A DNA stretch of 62,689 nt, filler included, from Choristocarpus tenellus KU-1152 (GCA_964200185.2; 8 parts of 8 records of this genome joined end to end with filler, not necessarily neighbours in it); one strand, 5' to 3'. Shown: positions 30,832-44,900, counted from the whole stretch's first letter. Numbers and translations: made by a program. The notes: generated by a model not told the origin, from the sequence alone.

Positions 30832-32599
30832 ATGACAGACTTGGGAGACCCACAAAGCATACATACAAGCGAAGTTGTGGTGTCGAGGCAAACGCAGGTC
30901 AACTAAGGTATTCAGCAGCTAGTGAATAAACGTCATGTGCGGTGCTCCCCAACAGCAGGTTTTCATTGACACCACCTCTTGTCACAGGTGCCCCTCCCGT
31001 CTTGTGGTTCCAGTCACCGTTTACCTTCACAAAATCACGCTGCATCCAGGTATACGGAAGAAGACCTCCGCCAGTCGAACCCACTACGATCAGTCTCAAC
31101 CTTTGCAGAGGACAAAGAAATGGTCCAGGTCGGGGTTGAATTATCGAAGAGTCGGGGTAGGGTCAAGATATCCAGGGCATCGTCGAAGAAGCCGAGGTTG
31201 CGAGGATGGAAGGGTCTGGGGTTCGTCCACCCCAAAGTTGACGGTCCCAAAGCGATGGATAGGGACGGGAAAAGATCGATGCAGCATCTAAGGTAAGACT
31301 TGCAATACCAAAGGATAGTGTTCAAAGTCTTACCAGCAGAGTTTCGAGAGTAAGGAAGGATACAGCAAGTTGAGAAGGACAGCAGGAAAGAGTCCATTGA
31401 ATCATAGTATCTTACCCTAAAGAGGTGTAGGTTGTTTTGCGCTTGCAGCGCATTTCTCCGTCGTGTATGCCCTGCTGATATTTTTGCTAATAGCGGTCTC
31501 ACTCTCCCTCTCCCTCACTTGCTCTATTTGATTGTCTTCTATTGAGACCACCTCAAGATTCAGTGGCTGGAATCTTTTTTGTTCTGCCTTTCAATGGGGC
31601 GTTTGCGAGTGCTCCAGAGTGTGCAGAAGGAAAACTGTAACTTGCCAACAAACCGCATACCGCAAACCCTCACAAAATGCATCAAGTTGCTTCAACAACT
31701 GCACAATGTACCGGAACGAAACCATAGTGCAGTGCTTCATCATGAGTCTAGCCTCAGTGAGTCAATTTTTTTACCTGTCAATCACTAAAGTTATTCTGCT
31801 GCCATTTTGTTCAGAGAGACTCTAGATGAGGTGGAGCAACTACGGAAATATGCCATTGCTGCCGCTGCAGAACAAGCAAGGTTTCAGAAACATGAGGGTG
31901 AGGGGCACAGGCATAGCACAGATCTTTTTTTGTAGGAGCCCCTGAAGATCTCGACCAGAATGTCCTGGAAAATGGGCCTCACAGAGAAGGAGTGTCCCTG
32001 GTTTTCGGCTTGAAATGTCCCTCACTCATTTTCATTTATGTGAGGCGTGCATGTATGGTTTGGAAATTCAAACGCAGGGGGACTTTCTTCCCCATGAGAT
32101 TTGGCACTAACCTCAGGTGAACCATGCTACGACAGAGGAAGAAATAGCCTAATCCAAAATGAATCATCTGGCCATTCTATTGACACAGACGCCAGAAGTA
32201 AGTCAATAGTCAATAGGATGCTCTCACATCACAACATCTCCCCAACATTCTCAATGCTGGTGAGGAGCCCACTCACATATACATTCATCTCTGCTGCATC
32301 AATCACCAGCCCATTATCTGTGTTTGTTGAAACCATCTTGTTGAAGGACAGATATCCTCTGTCGATCTGCTTCACAGTTGAACAACCACTGCAATGAACT
32401 CAAGAAGAGCTTGTGTGCAGAGACTATTGCAGCTAAGGCAGCCAAGGCCCAGGCAAAGGAGGCAGAGAAGAGGTTTGAGACACTGGTGGCATGGGCAAGA
32501 GATGAGGAATCCAAGCGTCATCAGGCTGAGAAAGGGTGGCAGGATGCGCAGGATGATGTTACTGCGCTGAAGTGCAGGACAGAATTTCTGGAGAAGGAG
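30832..32599 (+). CDS. Hypothetical coiled-coil protein, partial and uncertain model. Candidate exons 30832-30897, 30988-31292, ~31815-31880, 32378-32599
   Basis: CpG-rich start region and an in-frame phase-0 first intron. Later exon-like blocks encode helical charged/Ala-rich sequence (ETLDEVEQLRKYAIAAAAEQ; AKAAKAQAKEAEKRFETLVAWARDEESKRHQAEK) bounded by AG/GT. The middle joins are not resolved. Confidence 0.5.
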
Positions 32600-32712
32600 G
32601 TAATGAGGGGCCATTAGGCAACGATGGTAGAAGGGTCACTATGTCCGTTAACAAAAAAAGGGTGCTACACAGTTATTTGCACATACTGCATATGCAAATT
32701 GTGCTAGCAAGG

Positions 32713-32971
32713 GAGCCAAAGTATCTTAGAGGGTAGATCCGCGTCCATTTGGGGTCAAAATCCAATGGTGCAATTTTGATGTAATTTTGGCTATCGTGTT
32801 TTTTGTTAGGAAGTGTCAATATCTATGTTTCAGACAAACCTTCATAACGTATACACTTTACCTACTCCTAAACATTTTGGAGTAGGAAAATGTCATAAAA
32901 AAAACTATGGGAAGCCAAGCCCCAAATGGACAAACAGGGCAAAATTCGTACCCTCTAAGATACTTTCACTC
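32713..32971 (+). mobile_element. MITE family A, full length, TSD AAGG
   Basis: TIRs as above; AAGG at 32709-32712 and 32972-32975. Confidence 0.88.
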
Positions 32972-33015
32972 AAGGCATAGTCACTCCAACACTTCAAATC
33001 TTTCGCTACTCTGGA

Positions 33016-33264
33016 GAATCAAAGCATGTAAGAGGGTAGGGCCGGGTCCATTTGGGGTTCAAAATCCAATATTGCGATTTTGATTCATTTTGCCTATTGT
33101 GCTTGTTGGGAAGTGTCAATATCCTTGTTCCGGACACACCTTTCATAGTCGTATACATTTTAGGCAACACTGCAAACCGAAAGGGGGCATAAAAAGCTGG
33201 TGGGAAGCCAAGCCCCGAATGGGCAAACAAGGCAAAACTCCTACCCTCTTAAAAGCTCTGGGTC
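33016..33264 (+). mobile_element. MITE family A, diverged copy, TSD TGGA
   Basis: Colinear with the adjacent copy; TGGA at 33012-33015 and 33265-33268. Confidence 0.8.
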
Positions 33265-34216
33265 TGGAGTACTTGCCTTTTATTATCGAAGATTTTGTTA
33301 ATCTGAAATTCTCCAACAATTTGGAGTTGGGAGCACACATGCCTAAATCATTTTAGAGTGGATGTTCTTGGTTAACAAAGACCTGTGTGGTCATGCTCCT
33401 CTGTCTCAAAGGAATACTAGAATGTTGACGGTTGCCCTTTCTCTACCTGGAGTCACATACGGCGAAGTTGACTCAATCAACATGCTCTCGCTGCAACTTA
33501 TATCTGTCTGCCTGATGCTTTTTTTAGGTATGCTGGATGCTGAAGTCCTTTAACAGACCCACTGCCAGGGAAATGCTCATTACATTATTGAGTATGTTTG
33601 TTCCAGAATCTCTTTTTTTCTTGAATTCTTATAGTTGATTCTGCTTTATCCCTTAAATTGTTTGGGTCGTACATAGTCCGTAGCACCTACAGCACCTCAC
33701 AAACTATAGGAAATCATACATTCAACACCAATTCCGATCCTCTCCCTTCACATGTACTCTAAGCCAGGAAGAACCAACCACATCTCCATAGTCATATAGA
33801 TTTCTGTGTAGCTTACTTGCTGGCCAGAGTCAGCTCCTGGATCCCAATACGGTGCTGTGCACATCATCCCTAACCCTTGAATGCTTGCTTCACAGGACAC
33901 ATTCAAAATGCCCTAACACTAACCCTAAACCCTAGTACTAAGACAAAGGTCAGCTGTGGCCTTTGCCCCCATATATGGTGGTCCTGAGATCTTTCTTGAA
34001 TATCAAGTTCCACAGTGGGGATCACATTATAGACTTTGCTAGTGCAGGCTTTGCTATGATGTGCATTGTATATTTCCCTCGGGGTTCCCCTCCTGGTTCT
34101 GCTCTCACCAGTTTGTTGTCCCGTTAAATCTTCATGAACAGTATTGCCCTTGGCATAACTCATATTTCGTCATAGATAATCCAGAAACAATTCCACCCAA
34201 TATCTAGCTTGGTAGA

Positions 34217-34395
34217 GGCTCAAAGTATCTGGGGGGGGGGGGTGGCGGCTGTCCATTTTGGGTCAATTTTTTCATGTCGCGATTCTTGTGTGGTTTGGTT
34301 GCATACATCAGATGGATAATGTAGATGCACATTTCCCTTTTTTGGTCAAATAGGCACCCTGGTGTAGACCCCCCCCCCCCCAGATACTCTGGGTC
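34217..34395 (+). mobile_element. MITE family B (G-tract/C-tract, ~175 bp), full length
   Basis: GGCTCAAAGTATCT-G12 ... C-tract-AGATACTCTGGGTC; candidate TSD AGAG (or AGA). Confidence 0.85.
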
Positions 34396-34782
34396 AGAGC
34401 AGTGTTGCCCCAGTTTGGTATTCTTTTGCCTCAGTACATTTTAGCTGCAGGATAATACATGCCCATCCAGATTTGGACTGATTGGTCTTGGCTGATGAGG
34501 GACCCAAAGTATCTGGGGGGGGGGGGGGGGCCCCACCTATCCGTTCCATTTGGACCACAAGCTGGCANNNNNNNNNNNNNNNNNNNNNNNNNNNNNNNNN
34601 NNNNNNNNNNNTTAATTAATTAANNNNNNNNNNNNNNNNNNNNNNNNNNNNNNNNNNNNNNNNNNNNCCCCCCCCCCCAGATACTTTGACCCGTCAGTTG
34701 AGGGGAGTAGAGTAGATGTCAGACCAAGAAGAGGCTAACTAATTGATTCAGAGTCCATGAGCAAAGAAAAAGATGCACTGAT

Positions 34783-34954
34783 GATCCAGAGTATCTGGGA
34801 GGGATCTACAGCATGGTGTCCATTTGGGTCAAAATCAGGAAAAGTGCATTTACAGTAACCATCCGACGTATGCAATCAAATCACCCAAAAATCGCGGCAT
34901 GAAAAAATTGCCCCCAATTGGACAGCCGACACCCCCTCACAGATACTTTGAGCC
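34783..34954 (-). mobile_element. MITE family B, reverse orientation, TSD TGAT
   Basis: Reverse complement of 34217-34395; TGAT at 34779-34782 and 34955-34958. Further family-B-type ends abut spacers at 9726-9761, 18653-18741, 18842-18867, 34501-34567, 34668-34692, 38535-38557 and 59823-59842. Confidence 0.85.
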
Positions 34955-36401
34955 TGATACAGTTGATATTTCCATTGTATTAATTTTTTTCTGTTTTATT
35001 ATAATTTTAGATACTATATATAATTCAAAAAAATATTTGGTTGCTGAGGTGACTTCAAGATGTATTTTGACATAGTCATTCATCAAAAGTAAGTAGGTAC
35101 AAAATTAACATTTAAGTTCAAAAAGATTAATTGCATCAATGCCTCTTCACATTTTCACCTCACGTATGCATAGTTCATGATTTCGAAGTGTCTCGAATGA
35201 TTTGAATACCAATAAGCTGTATAGACACATGGATGTGTCAACTGTCCGCACCCTTTTAGCACAAAACGATCAGGTATGCACTATACAGAACACTACTGAC
35301 TGGTATTGTGTGCTTAAGACTGGGAAGCTACAGATCAGAATGAAGGGACCAAGGTGTCACAGTAACTCAACTCCACAAGGTCATTAACAGCAAAGAAGAC
35401 ATTTTGTCAGTCATATATGGTTATCGTTTTCATTAATTTTGCAAATAGCAGCTACAAGAAAGACAATTTATTGGAACGATTAGGGGTTGGTAGACAATGA
35501 GGTACTATTTTAAACAGTATTATGTACATTTCGTATACATTGATACATACTCACGCCCTATTGATAGTAGGCAAGAAGATTTCTGGACCAGGATTCGAGA
35601 GGCTACCCTACTCAAAGTCGAGACTGCCTGGCAAATAGCTATGTAGTGGAAGGATTCCACTTATATCACCAAAGTGCAACATCTTTCCAAGCATGAAGAA
35701 CTACTATCTTGCTTCTTGAAGACCAAGAGACTAGGTAAAATGTATTTGGATTCAATATGCAGTTGACCTGGGCATATGCTCCAAATTATAAATCAGCCTT
35801 CTACTCAACAATAAGCGGCACAACAACAAACGCCTGTATCCAGTGAAATCTCTCCACCTCAAGTTCCACAAAAAAATCAGCTTCAGTTCAAACAACAAAA
35901 GTAACACATACATACTACTTACAGCTCTACAGCAATAGTGCAATTATTGGAGCAACAAAGATATCTACCTAGAGCTCTATACACATAATAAGAGAGCCTT
36001 GTATCAATCCAAGCACAGACTGTAACAGAGGCATTGCTGTTGCACTAACATTAATAGGGACAAAGGTCGTAGTAGGATTCTAGTAGAAAACTATTAAGAA
36101 AAATAATAAGCAAAGGATACAATTGATCGAGAAAGCATTACTCCACCTGCCCTACAATCATATATTACCTCTGTTCAGTGCAAGTCAACCCCTCCCCTTC
36201 ACCTCCCCCCGTAAAATCCTCTCGAGCAGATTTAATATTGTCTCCAGCATTGTGATCTCATAAGCGACTGGGAGAAGAAAAGCTAACTGCCAGAATCTTC
36301 CTACTCTTGTTCTGGAATTGTGTGGAGCCAGTTCCCACTTAAGTCAGTGGATCGGTTCAGCTTCCCAGTAACTTCGTGATTGGCAGAGGGTTAAGGCGGA
36401 C

Positions 36402-37243
36402 CTGTGTCCTCCTTGGTGCCGGTGATACCGCTGAGGGTCTTGATGCAGCAGTTTCTTCCTGACCTCCAGAGGTAGAGGCAACCGCCATGGGCGAAGGCAC
36501 CGGGCCCCATCGTGCGGAAAGGGAAGAACCAACAACATTTGACCTTCCCTTCCCTTGCGGCTTTGGTCCTGTCTTCTTGCGTACTTCGTATACACAGGGC
36601 ACTCCAGTGCGAAAGCACCTCTGGCAAGGGGAGTTCCCATCGCATCGCTTCTTAAACCTACAACAAGGAATTATTGAGGGGAGAGCATGTTGGACAGCCG
36701 TTTTGAACCTCAACGAACCACATCATTTACAACTATACTAGGCATGGAAATAGAGCGGAGGGCGGAACGGGTGAGGCAAGTGAAGGGACTGCAGAACTCA
36801 ACAAAAATGTACGGGGAGTCTCCGGTCCATGAAGATACTCAAATGAGCCCATGGGGCATGGAGGCGAAAGAAACCAGAAATCGACTTGGTTATTCGGGAC
36901 CGAGAACAGCACTGTACCTTGCACACGAATTGCAGGTTCCACGACGACGAGGGTGGGAAAGAGTACTCCTGTCGCAAATCTGATTTGACTCTCTGGGTCT
37001 TGCGGCTACTCCACCGAGCGATGTGGACGAACGAGGTAGAGCTTGAGGTGGAATGACAGGGTGAGTGGATCTAAGACGATATTCTCTGGGGGGCACGAAC
37101 CTCTGAGCAACCTTGACTTCTGGATGCATACCAGCAGACCTTACTCTATAATTGCCAATCCCCTGTTCTACTTCCCGACTACCAGCACCATTCTTCTGTT
37201 CCTGACATCTTTGGGGAACGTGACGTCGTGACTCAGTACTCAT
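36402..37243 (-). CDS. Zn(II)2Cys6 (GAL4-type) binuclear cluster transcription factor, 3' part unresolved. Exons 37243-36918, 36657-36402
   Basis: Splicing a phase-2 intron (36917-36658) yields CNSCARFKKRCDGNSPCQRCFRTGVPC, i.e. C-x2-C-x6-C-x5-C-x2-C-x6-C, followed by VYEVRKKTGPKP. Confidence 0.88.
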
Positions 37244-38940
37244 TGTCTCAAGGTCTACACGCACAAAGTGATGTCCTAGTTCCAGTGATCACTTTCCACC
37301 TATATTGCTCAGTACATCCCTATTGAAGGGGCATGATTTTTCCACCCGTCATATCTGTATGTTGTTCAGAGCCCATCTCACAACGGCTGGTTCTTAAAGA
37401 GGAGAAGAATTAGTAGTAAGCACATTCAAAAGGTGAGGATTTTTTTACCAGACCCACGATTGAAATATAGTTATTCTCTAGACCATTTTCCCCTAACATA
37501 TCTACAAATGTCACAGCACAAAATTACATATATATTTTATATAGACCACATATAAATCCTCTGCTCTGTTTAACGGTATGTATGTTATATGTATATGTAC
37601 GAATATATATAGAAGAGCAAATATACAATAATAATTGTTATATAAAATTTTCTATTTTCTTGTTTTTTTTATACCGTGCATGCATTCAATAAAATACCCT
37701 ATACATGGCTATTTTTAGATACCTTTATATGTACAATATTCATTGTTGTATGAAAATAGATTCAAATCTTTTAGCGAAGATTGGAAAAAGTTGTAGTCTA
37801 AAGAAAAACTAAGAGTACATTCTACGAGCGAAAATAGAGCGATTTCTCCATCTACATTCATCTATGTATACATACATATATAGAATATATCTATGTGCTG
37901 CATCCCCACATCAACTTTATGACTCATTATACACTATGAAAAACTAAATCTTCTTTTGAGAACATATCAAAATTGACACAATCTGTACTCAGGTCTGACT
38001 TAATGTTGAACAATTTTGATATGAATGTCTATTTCATGAGATATGATTTAGAAAAACTTCCACCTTCAATAATATATTATTATTTTATTTTTTTAATATG
38101 AATGAATGACATGGAACTATTCTACACTATTCGTCTTTATTGATTAGAATAAATAGAGCAGGAAGGTGAATATAGCTGGTTTATGCATTTAGAATACATA
38201 TATCTTGCCGTCATCATTAAAATGATGTAATGTTGTAATGTTGTAGGGATTGTTATTCTACATATATTCATTTTGTCATGACGAGAGAAGTGTAAAAAAG
38301 GAGAAAGAGATGATTAGAAGATAATAGAACCAGTTGAGAGGACAATTATATACAAAGTAAAAACCGCACTGTGAATCGTGTGATTCTGTGGTGGCGTGGT
38401 TCACTCAGGCAAGGGTGCCGAAGAGAATCACCGGNNNNNNNNNNNNNNNNNNNNNNNNNNNNNNNNNNNNNNNNNNNNTTAATTAATTAANNNNNNNNNN
38501 NNNNNNNNNNNNNNNNNNNNNNNNNNNNNNNNNNCCCCCTCCCAGATACTTTGGATCAGTACTATATATACTTTTATGAAAGCACTATAGTGGCCTGTAG
38601 TGGAGAGGTGTGGCATTGCCTTTTCGTTGCTAAGGCTGTATCACTTGATGCCCATTCTTTCTTTGCTTGGGAATTTGTACATTGCTAAGGTCACCCTCTT
38701 CATGAATTGTCTTGGTAGAGTGGTTATCCAGTCACACAGACATTTCCCACTGATTTGTAGCATTCCTGCCACCTCATCATTGCGTATTCAATCTTTTAGG
38801 AGGTTGAGACAGGACCAGTCACACTATCACCCAGAAACACCTTGGTCTACTTCAAAGCACCTAAATTTTCTTTTTCGTGGCCTACATGATGAAGCAGATT
38901 TATCTCTGTCATCGATTTGTCATTCCCCTCCTCTCCTCAG

Positions 38941-41900
38941 TGCATGTCAGGCATGCTGGCGATGCTAGGGAGAGAAAAGCCTCCACTTGACCTGATGCCG
39001 TCCCTCACAGCACATATGATGAGCTCCAATATCGACGCTGATCGTAACAACACTGACACGGAGTCAGCATCAGGGACTGCTGAGAGTCTATATGAAGCTG
39101 TGGTTGAGGCCATTGAGGCACGGACCCAGGTTGACAAAGACCCAGACTCAATTCTTTTGGGAAGTGATATTACAGCCCATATCAGCCTTCAAGATGTCAA
39201 AATGCCAATGCTTGCAGTGACAGGAACAGATATTACCAACCAGGATGATCCAAAAAGTGTGTTGTCCAAGGCTTGTCAGGGGTGGGAGAGAACTGAGGAA
39301 TTGGTAGACAAAATTTATGCAAGTGTGATTGAGTCAGAGTCTGACTTTCTGGATGGGGCAAGACCCTGGGCGACAGATAGTAGTGGGGGAGAATTGCACC
39401 AAGGGGGATGCCGTGAGGATAACCCATATTCAGCATTAATACCCCATCTCCTTGAGATCGTGGGAGAACAGAGTGGGATCCAGGCCCAAGAGGTGAGCAT
39501 TGGAAAATGTAGTCTGTTAACAAGTTCCGCGTGATACAGATGCTTCTGGAACTTGATTTACACAAGTCTTTAATACTATGTTGTGCATTGATGGGCTTGT
39601 TGTGGACGTATACAGGGCCATCTGAGGGAGAGGGCAAGAGTGGTTATTGAAGAGATTGAAGCCGTGGTTGCTGGGGAGGAGAGCTGCTTCGATGAGGTCA
39701 CATCTGACCCTGGAGGTCTGGTTCCAGACAGCTTCTGGGAGAAGAATGAGGTGGGATGAAGGAAAATGTTGTCTCTATGCAGAACGTGTCAATTTTGCTT
39801 TCTTAGTATGTACGCAGTCTATGTGTTTTTTTACATCCATGACTCCAACTGGTATCAAATGAGTCCCTCCACTTCCCCCAAGACTTTTCTCTCCTCACAA
39901 ATATTGGCATGGCCCCACCCTCCTGCGCATTCCGTTGGTGTTCACAGGGTAGCTTCCGTGGTAGCATTTCCTTGGGGCATGAGGCGATAACCGAACCATA
40001 TGCATTGCTGGAGGAAGCTGCAGCTGAGCTATGCCGGGTTGTTGCGGACGACTTTCCCAATGCTGCCCAGGTGTTGGTGGAAGCAACTGTGCTGGGGGCG
40101 GGGGGGTGAGGGGGGGCGCTAGATTGTACCTTGTGGGGGTGGATTAATCTGCTTCTAAAATTCTTTCCGGGCCTTGCACTGGAATATCAGTATTTAATAA
40201 TCGCGAAGATAACTCAAATTTGAGGTAATTCTCAGTAACAGGTTACTCTGCTCCAGAGTGTTTGAGCTAACAAATCATCATATTGGGTAGTAACTGATTT
40301 TGGTTGTCAGGACTATTTGAGGGTAAGTGAAGGTGGTAGCATATTCATGGAAAAATGTTCAATGCTTTCAATGGCGATTCCATATTGACTGTCAAGCTAT
40401 CCCCAAGACCAGCGTGTATATTCCTATGGAGAAATAATTGGTGGTTTTTTCCCAATGGTTCAACATCCGCCAACCAGACCCTCGAGGTTCATAAAGTTGC
40501 CTGAACACCGTTGCCATTATATGACCCTCCCTATCCCCTTAGTGCCCCCAATCCACTGTGTTGAACCTGTTTACACCGAGAGGTTATTCATGCCTCTGCC
40601 TCACAGGAAAGCATGAATTTCCAAGGTTTTGTGTTGTTTACTGTTAGGAACAACACACATCTGAATTTTGAAATTGCCTATGGCCTGCATGCTGTCACAT
40701 CCCTACACCCTATGACTCTTTTGCCTTCACAACCCTTTTCAACAAAACCTTAGGTGGTAAAGAAAAAACGAAACCTCCTGCCCCAGCTGTGTGCAACCCT
40801 TCAACCCCCAGCAAGTGTGTTTCATTCACACACACGCACTACTTTTTTTCTTCTCCAACACAGGATCTTACATATGACATGCACAATAACGCCATCTTCC
40901 TCAAGAAGAAACCCGCTGCCGGGGCTGTCACCAAGATAAAGAACAAGGCAAGGAAGAATGAAGTGAAGGGCAACTCTGTTGCAGGAGATGAAGGAACAGA
41001 AAGCGGAGTGGGGGTGGAGGAGGAGAAAGATGGACACAAGGAGTTCATTCACCCTCACGACAGGAATGGAAAAATCATGAGGAATAGGTACACCACTTCC
41101 AGGGTGAGCCTAGGATGCCCTTGGGCATACCCTTCCAACTCTCATTTTTTTATGGCCACCTTTTGTCCTTTCCATCTTCAGGCATATCGCCTCTCTCTGC
41201 TAGGGATCAGGATGGGTGGAAGGTTATGGGAAACCGGCAGAGTAAGGAGGTGCAGAATGGAAGGGGATGGGGCCAAACCTTCCCCACAATCTACTAGATT
41301 GATGCGAAGGTTGACGGGAAAGGGAAAGACATTAGCGTGTCCAAATGGCTCAGTACAGATTACAGTCCAATCTGTTGTTGTAAGTGCAGTTTTTGTAACA
41401 TTTCCCTCCCCCCCCCCCCCCCCCTTCTTTGGTTTCTTTTTTCTTTTCTCAACCCAAATTAGTTTTGCCCCTTTTTTTGCCGGGAATCTGTCCTCCCCTC
41501 CAAGACAGTTTATGCACCTTCTAAAGCTAGCTGTACCTCTGGTGTTCGACAGGTGGAAGAGGCCTTGGTAGCATACCTCTCTGCAGCAGAAGATACAATG
41601 GTCGCAGTCAGGAAGGCATTGCAGGGTCTCAGTGACACCCTTGTTGCCAACAATGACCTGCCTGCCATTGCACAGGTAAGGGAAGTGGTGAGAGAGGTTG
41701 AAATATGGGAAAACGTGGCATTGACAGACACAGTATCACTGCTTGGAAGCAACTAATCAAAACAGGTTGTATTCGTATTCTCAACTACAATCCGTTCTGA
41801 AGGAGTTGCTTCCATTCCAAACAGTGCTACAGTGAGAGCAGTGCCCCTGCTCTTGTTAATGCCAGGTTATCTTATATCCCAACAAGAGGCGGAGGTGGAG

Positions 41901-44900
41901 AGGCAGGGAGTAAACTGATGTTGGATGAAGGGGGGAAGAGGCGCAGGGGAAAATAGTTTGGGGATTGAGGGGGTAGGGGGAGGGTTGAGGGTTTGGTTGT
42001 GAGGGATAGGAAGAAAGTGCCATATCCTGGGGGGGGCAAGAGCAGGAAGCTATTGCAACACAAGTAGAATATTCTTACTGACTCTCTTAGTTCCTGAGTC
42101 TAGCCACTTCTCTGAGACCAACAGATATGACTTGCATTTTGTGGTGGTCACTTGATCTGTTTTGGAGGTGAGAGCCGCTGTTTGTATCAGGCTTGTGAAG
42201 GCTCAATTATAGCGTGTGATTTGGTATCTTGTTTATCGCTCGGTATATTAGAAAAATAGTAAGAAACCCTTCCTTGGTGAAACTTTTCTAGTGTTTGTTA
42301 TGGGGATGTTCCGCATAAACCAACCACTTGAACCTACATGCAAACATCTTCACTCTCTGCTGCACTCTGCAACCTCAAGTTGTTCCGCTAGCCATGGCAC
42401 TGTATGTCATAGATCCCAATGGAGTTACATCCGCAACTGTCTCTCTTGCAGCGTAACAATACACCAACCGGTGGTTTCCCAGTCCAATCTTAGGATGTTT
42501 TGGTGATGTGCTAAGCTTGGTAGAAGAGTGTGGTTGTTGTGAGATTGCACCTAGGAACTGAGACCATTGGCACCACCTATGGGACAGATTCTAACACGAC
42601 TCTGGGTCAAAGAGATGTGCAATTCATTTGTTCCTGACATTAAAACCTGATCTTCACCGATCCCTGTCCAACCTACCATCTCCCCTTTAATACCGCACCT
42701 CACCTCCTACACTCTAAACCGGCCTGCATGTCAGGCAGCCCACTGGGCAGTGATCTGTCAGGCCTTGGAGGGTCATGTGCGTCGTTCCATCTCCAACGGA
42801 TGGACCCTTCCTACTCTCAAGTCTGCTGATGACAGCGATATGAGTATGCAGGCATGCTCACACTACTTTTACTACTTTAGTCCCCTGCATTGAAGCGCTA
42901 TCCCCTCTATTTATCTGCTTGCTTATGCTTTGTTGTGGGTGTAACGAAGCTCTTTTGCTTGTTTTGTGCTTCGTTGCATTGTGTACCTCTTTTTGTTGCA
43001 TTCGAAATGTCCGAACAATCCAGGGAATACATGCATCACACAGGTATTGATTGAAATCGTTGTGTTACCCTGCACTGCTTTGCGGGTCAGATTTAGAGTC
43101 TGCATCTCCTGCTCAAACTGTGGTATCAGTAACACACTTATTGTTGCCCACCTGTTTTTCAGTACTCTCTTCGTATCTCTAGTGTGGCAAACCTTGTTAA
43201 CGTCATCTCTTGACATAGTACTTTTCCAGGGAGTGTTTAGGAGCAAGTCATTAACGCTCTTGATTCAGTTTATCATTTCCTAGTACATAGCCGATGTGGA
43301 ATATACATGTTGTGAGTGTGCGAATATGGTGACGAGCTTGTAGGAGATTAGTCAGGCTGCACATCTGTTGTTTCTCTTGATTCATTTCTGTCCCCCTTTG
43401 TTGTCCCCCTTTGTTGTTCTAATTCTGTCCTTACTCCGTTCTCCCATTTCTGTTATGTCAACCTCCCTATCCGTCTCAGTTCGCTATTCCCTCCAACTTC
43501 CACCTCACTACTACATACCCTCACCCCCGTTTGACGCATTATCTGCAACAGGTGGAGGAACTCCTTCCCTACTGGCTCCAACGTGGCCGGGGGGTGCCCA
43601 ACAGCTTTGACTTCCGTGGTCTCTTCCTCCTTACTGCTCCAAACATGAGTGGGAAAAGTACTTTGATGAGGGCAACACTGTCAGCTGCCTTACTGTCCAA
43701 TGCGGGTTTATGTGCCCCCTGCCGTTCTGCCACGGTGCCCCGGTGAGCTGATGAAAATGCAATAGTCTTCATACGATGGCACTCACGCATATGTGTGCCT
43801 GCAGATCTAATGCTATAGGTGCCCTTTTCGACACACTAAATATAGCACCAAACCCAGCCAAACTCGAATTGACGCACTAAATCAAACTCTACTTTGGTCA
43901 GTTTCTAGTCCAATGGAGGCCAATCCCCATTGGCAACATGTCACCAGTCACCTCACACCTCTCCTCATCCCTATTTTATGTGCTGCATGCTTTAGGTATG
44001 ATGGATTTTTCCTTCGCACTGCGAGCTTTGATGTTCCCAGTGAAGGCAAGAGTGCATTCGCCCTGGAGATGGATGATGTGAGGGTAATGCTTAGAGATTC
44101 ATCCAAAAGGACACTGGTACTGGTGGATGAACTCGGGAAGGGCACCTCTGCCAGGTAGATGATCGTTGTGGGTTGAAGGTTTGACCTGCCTTCCTTGAAG
44201 ATGGTGATTCTAGGCTGTTCATTAGAAAGGTGTTTTGTTTTTAGGGGGTGTTAATACTGTTGTTATTTCACATCTATTGCTATCAATAGTGCTATGTTTG
44301 AGATGGGGCCTGTAGTCTTTTGACGGTGAATTTGGTGACTGGATGGATAGAGAAGAGTGGTTGGTTTCATGGACACAAATTTTTGAGGACGATTTCCAGG
44401 GGGGAAATATGATATTTCGAAATCGGCAGTTTAGTAGTTGAGTTCAGTACATAGTTTGGAATACTACGTAAACCCCAACCCCAAGTTGACCTGTTCTGCA
44501 TATGTGATTATTTGGTTGATTATTCCCAACGACGAATAGGCATGTCCTTCAGGTTGAAGGGATTAAGAAAGGGGTGGGGACGACTTTCTTGCCCTGTGTT
44601 GAACATTGATGCACATTCTGTAAGCAATATCCCGGTGGGAGTTCTGCTAAAATATTGGGTGATTACGTTTGAATGTGCCTCATATTGCTTACAGTCCTGT
44701 TGCATTGGAACATTGAACTTGTCATCGGTACCTGTGCCTATTAGCCGTGTTGGAGAAATATTGCTTCCAAGGTTTTCCGGAGTGGAGAAGACCACATTAT
44801 GGTGTCTGTGGCAGTAATGTTGCTAGAAAGCGAGCACTTGACCCTCAAGCATTGCCATAAGACGGGTGATCCTTCTGGTCAAGAATCCAGCACACGATTG

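Noticed and set aside
14209-34954. MITEs acting as introner elements
   Set aside because: They sit inside larger introns or intergenic DNA, and their ends do not coincide with splice sites.
37450-38330. Very AT-rich block upstream of the Zn2Cys6 gene as foreign or organellar DNA
   Set aside because: No ORF, termini or recognisable organellar gene; composition alone is insufficient.
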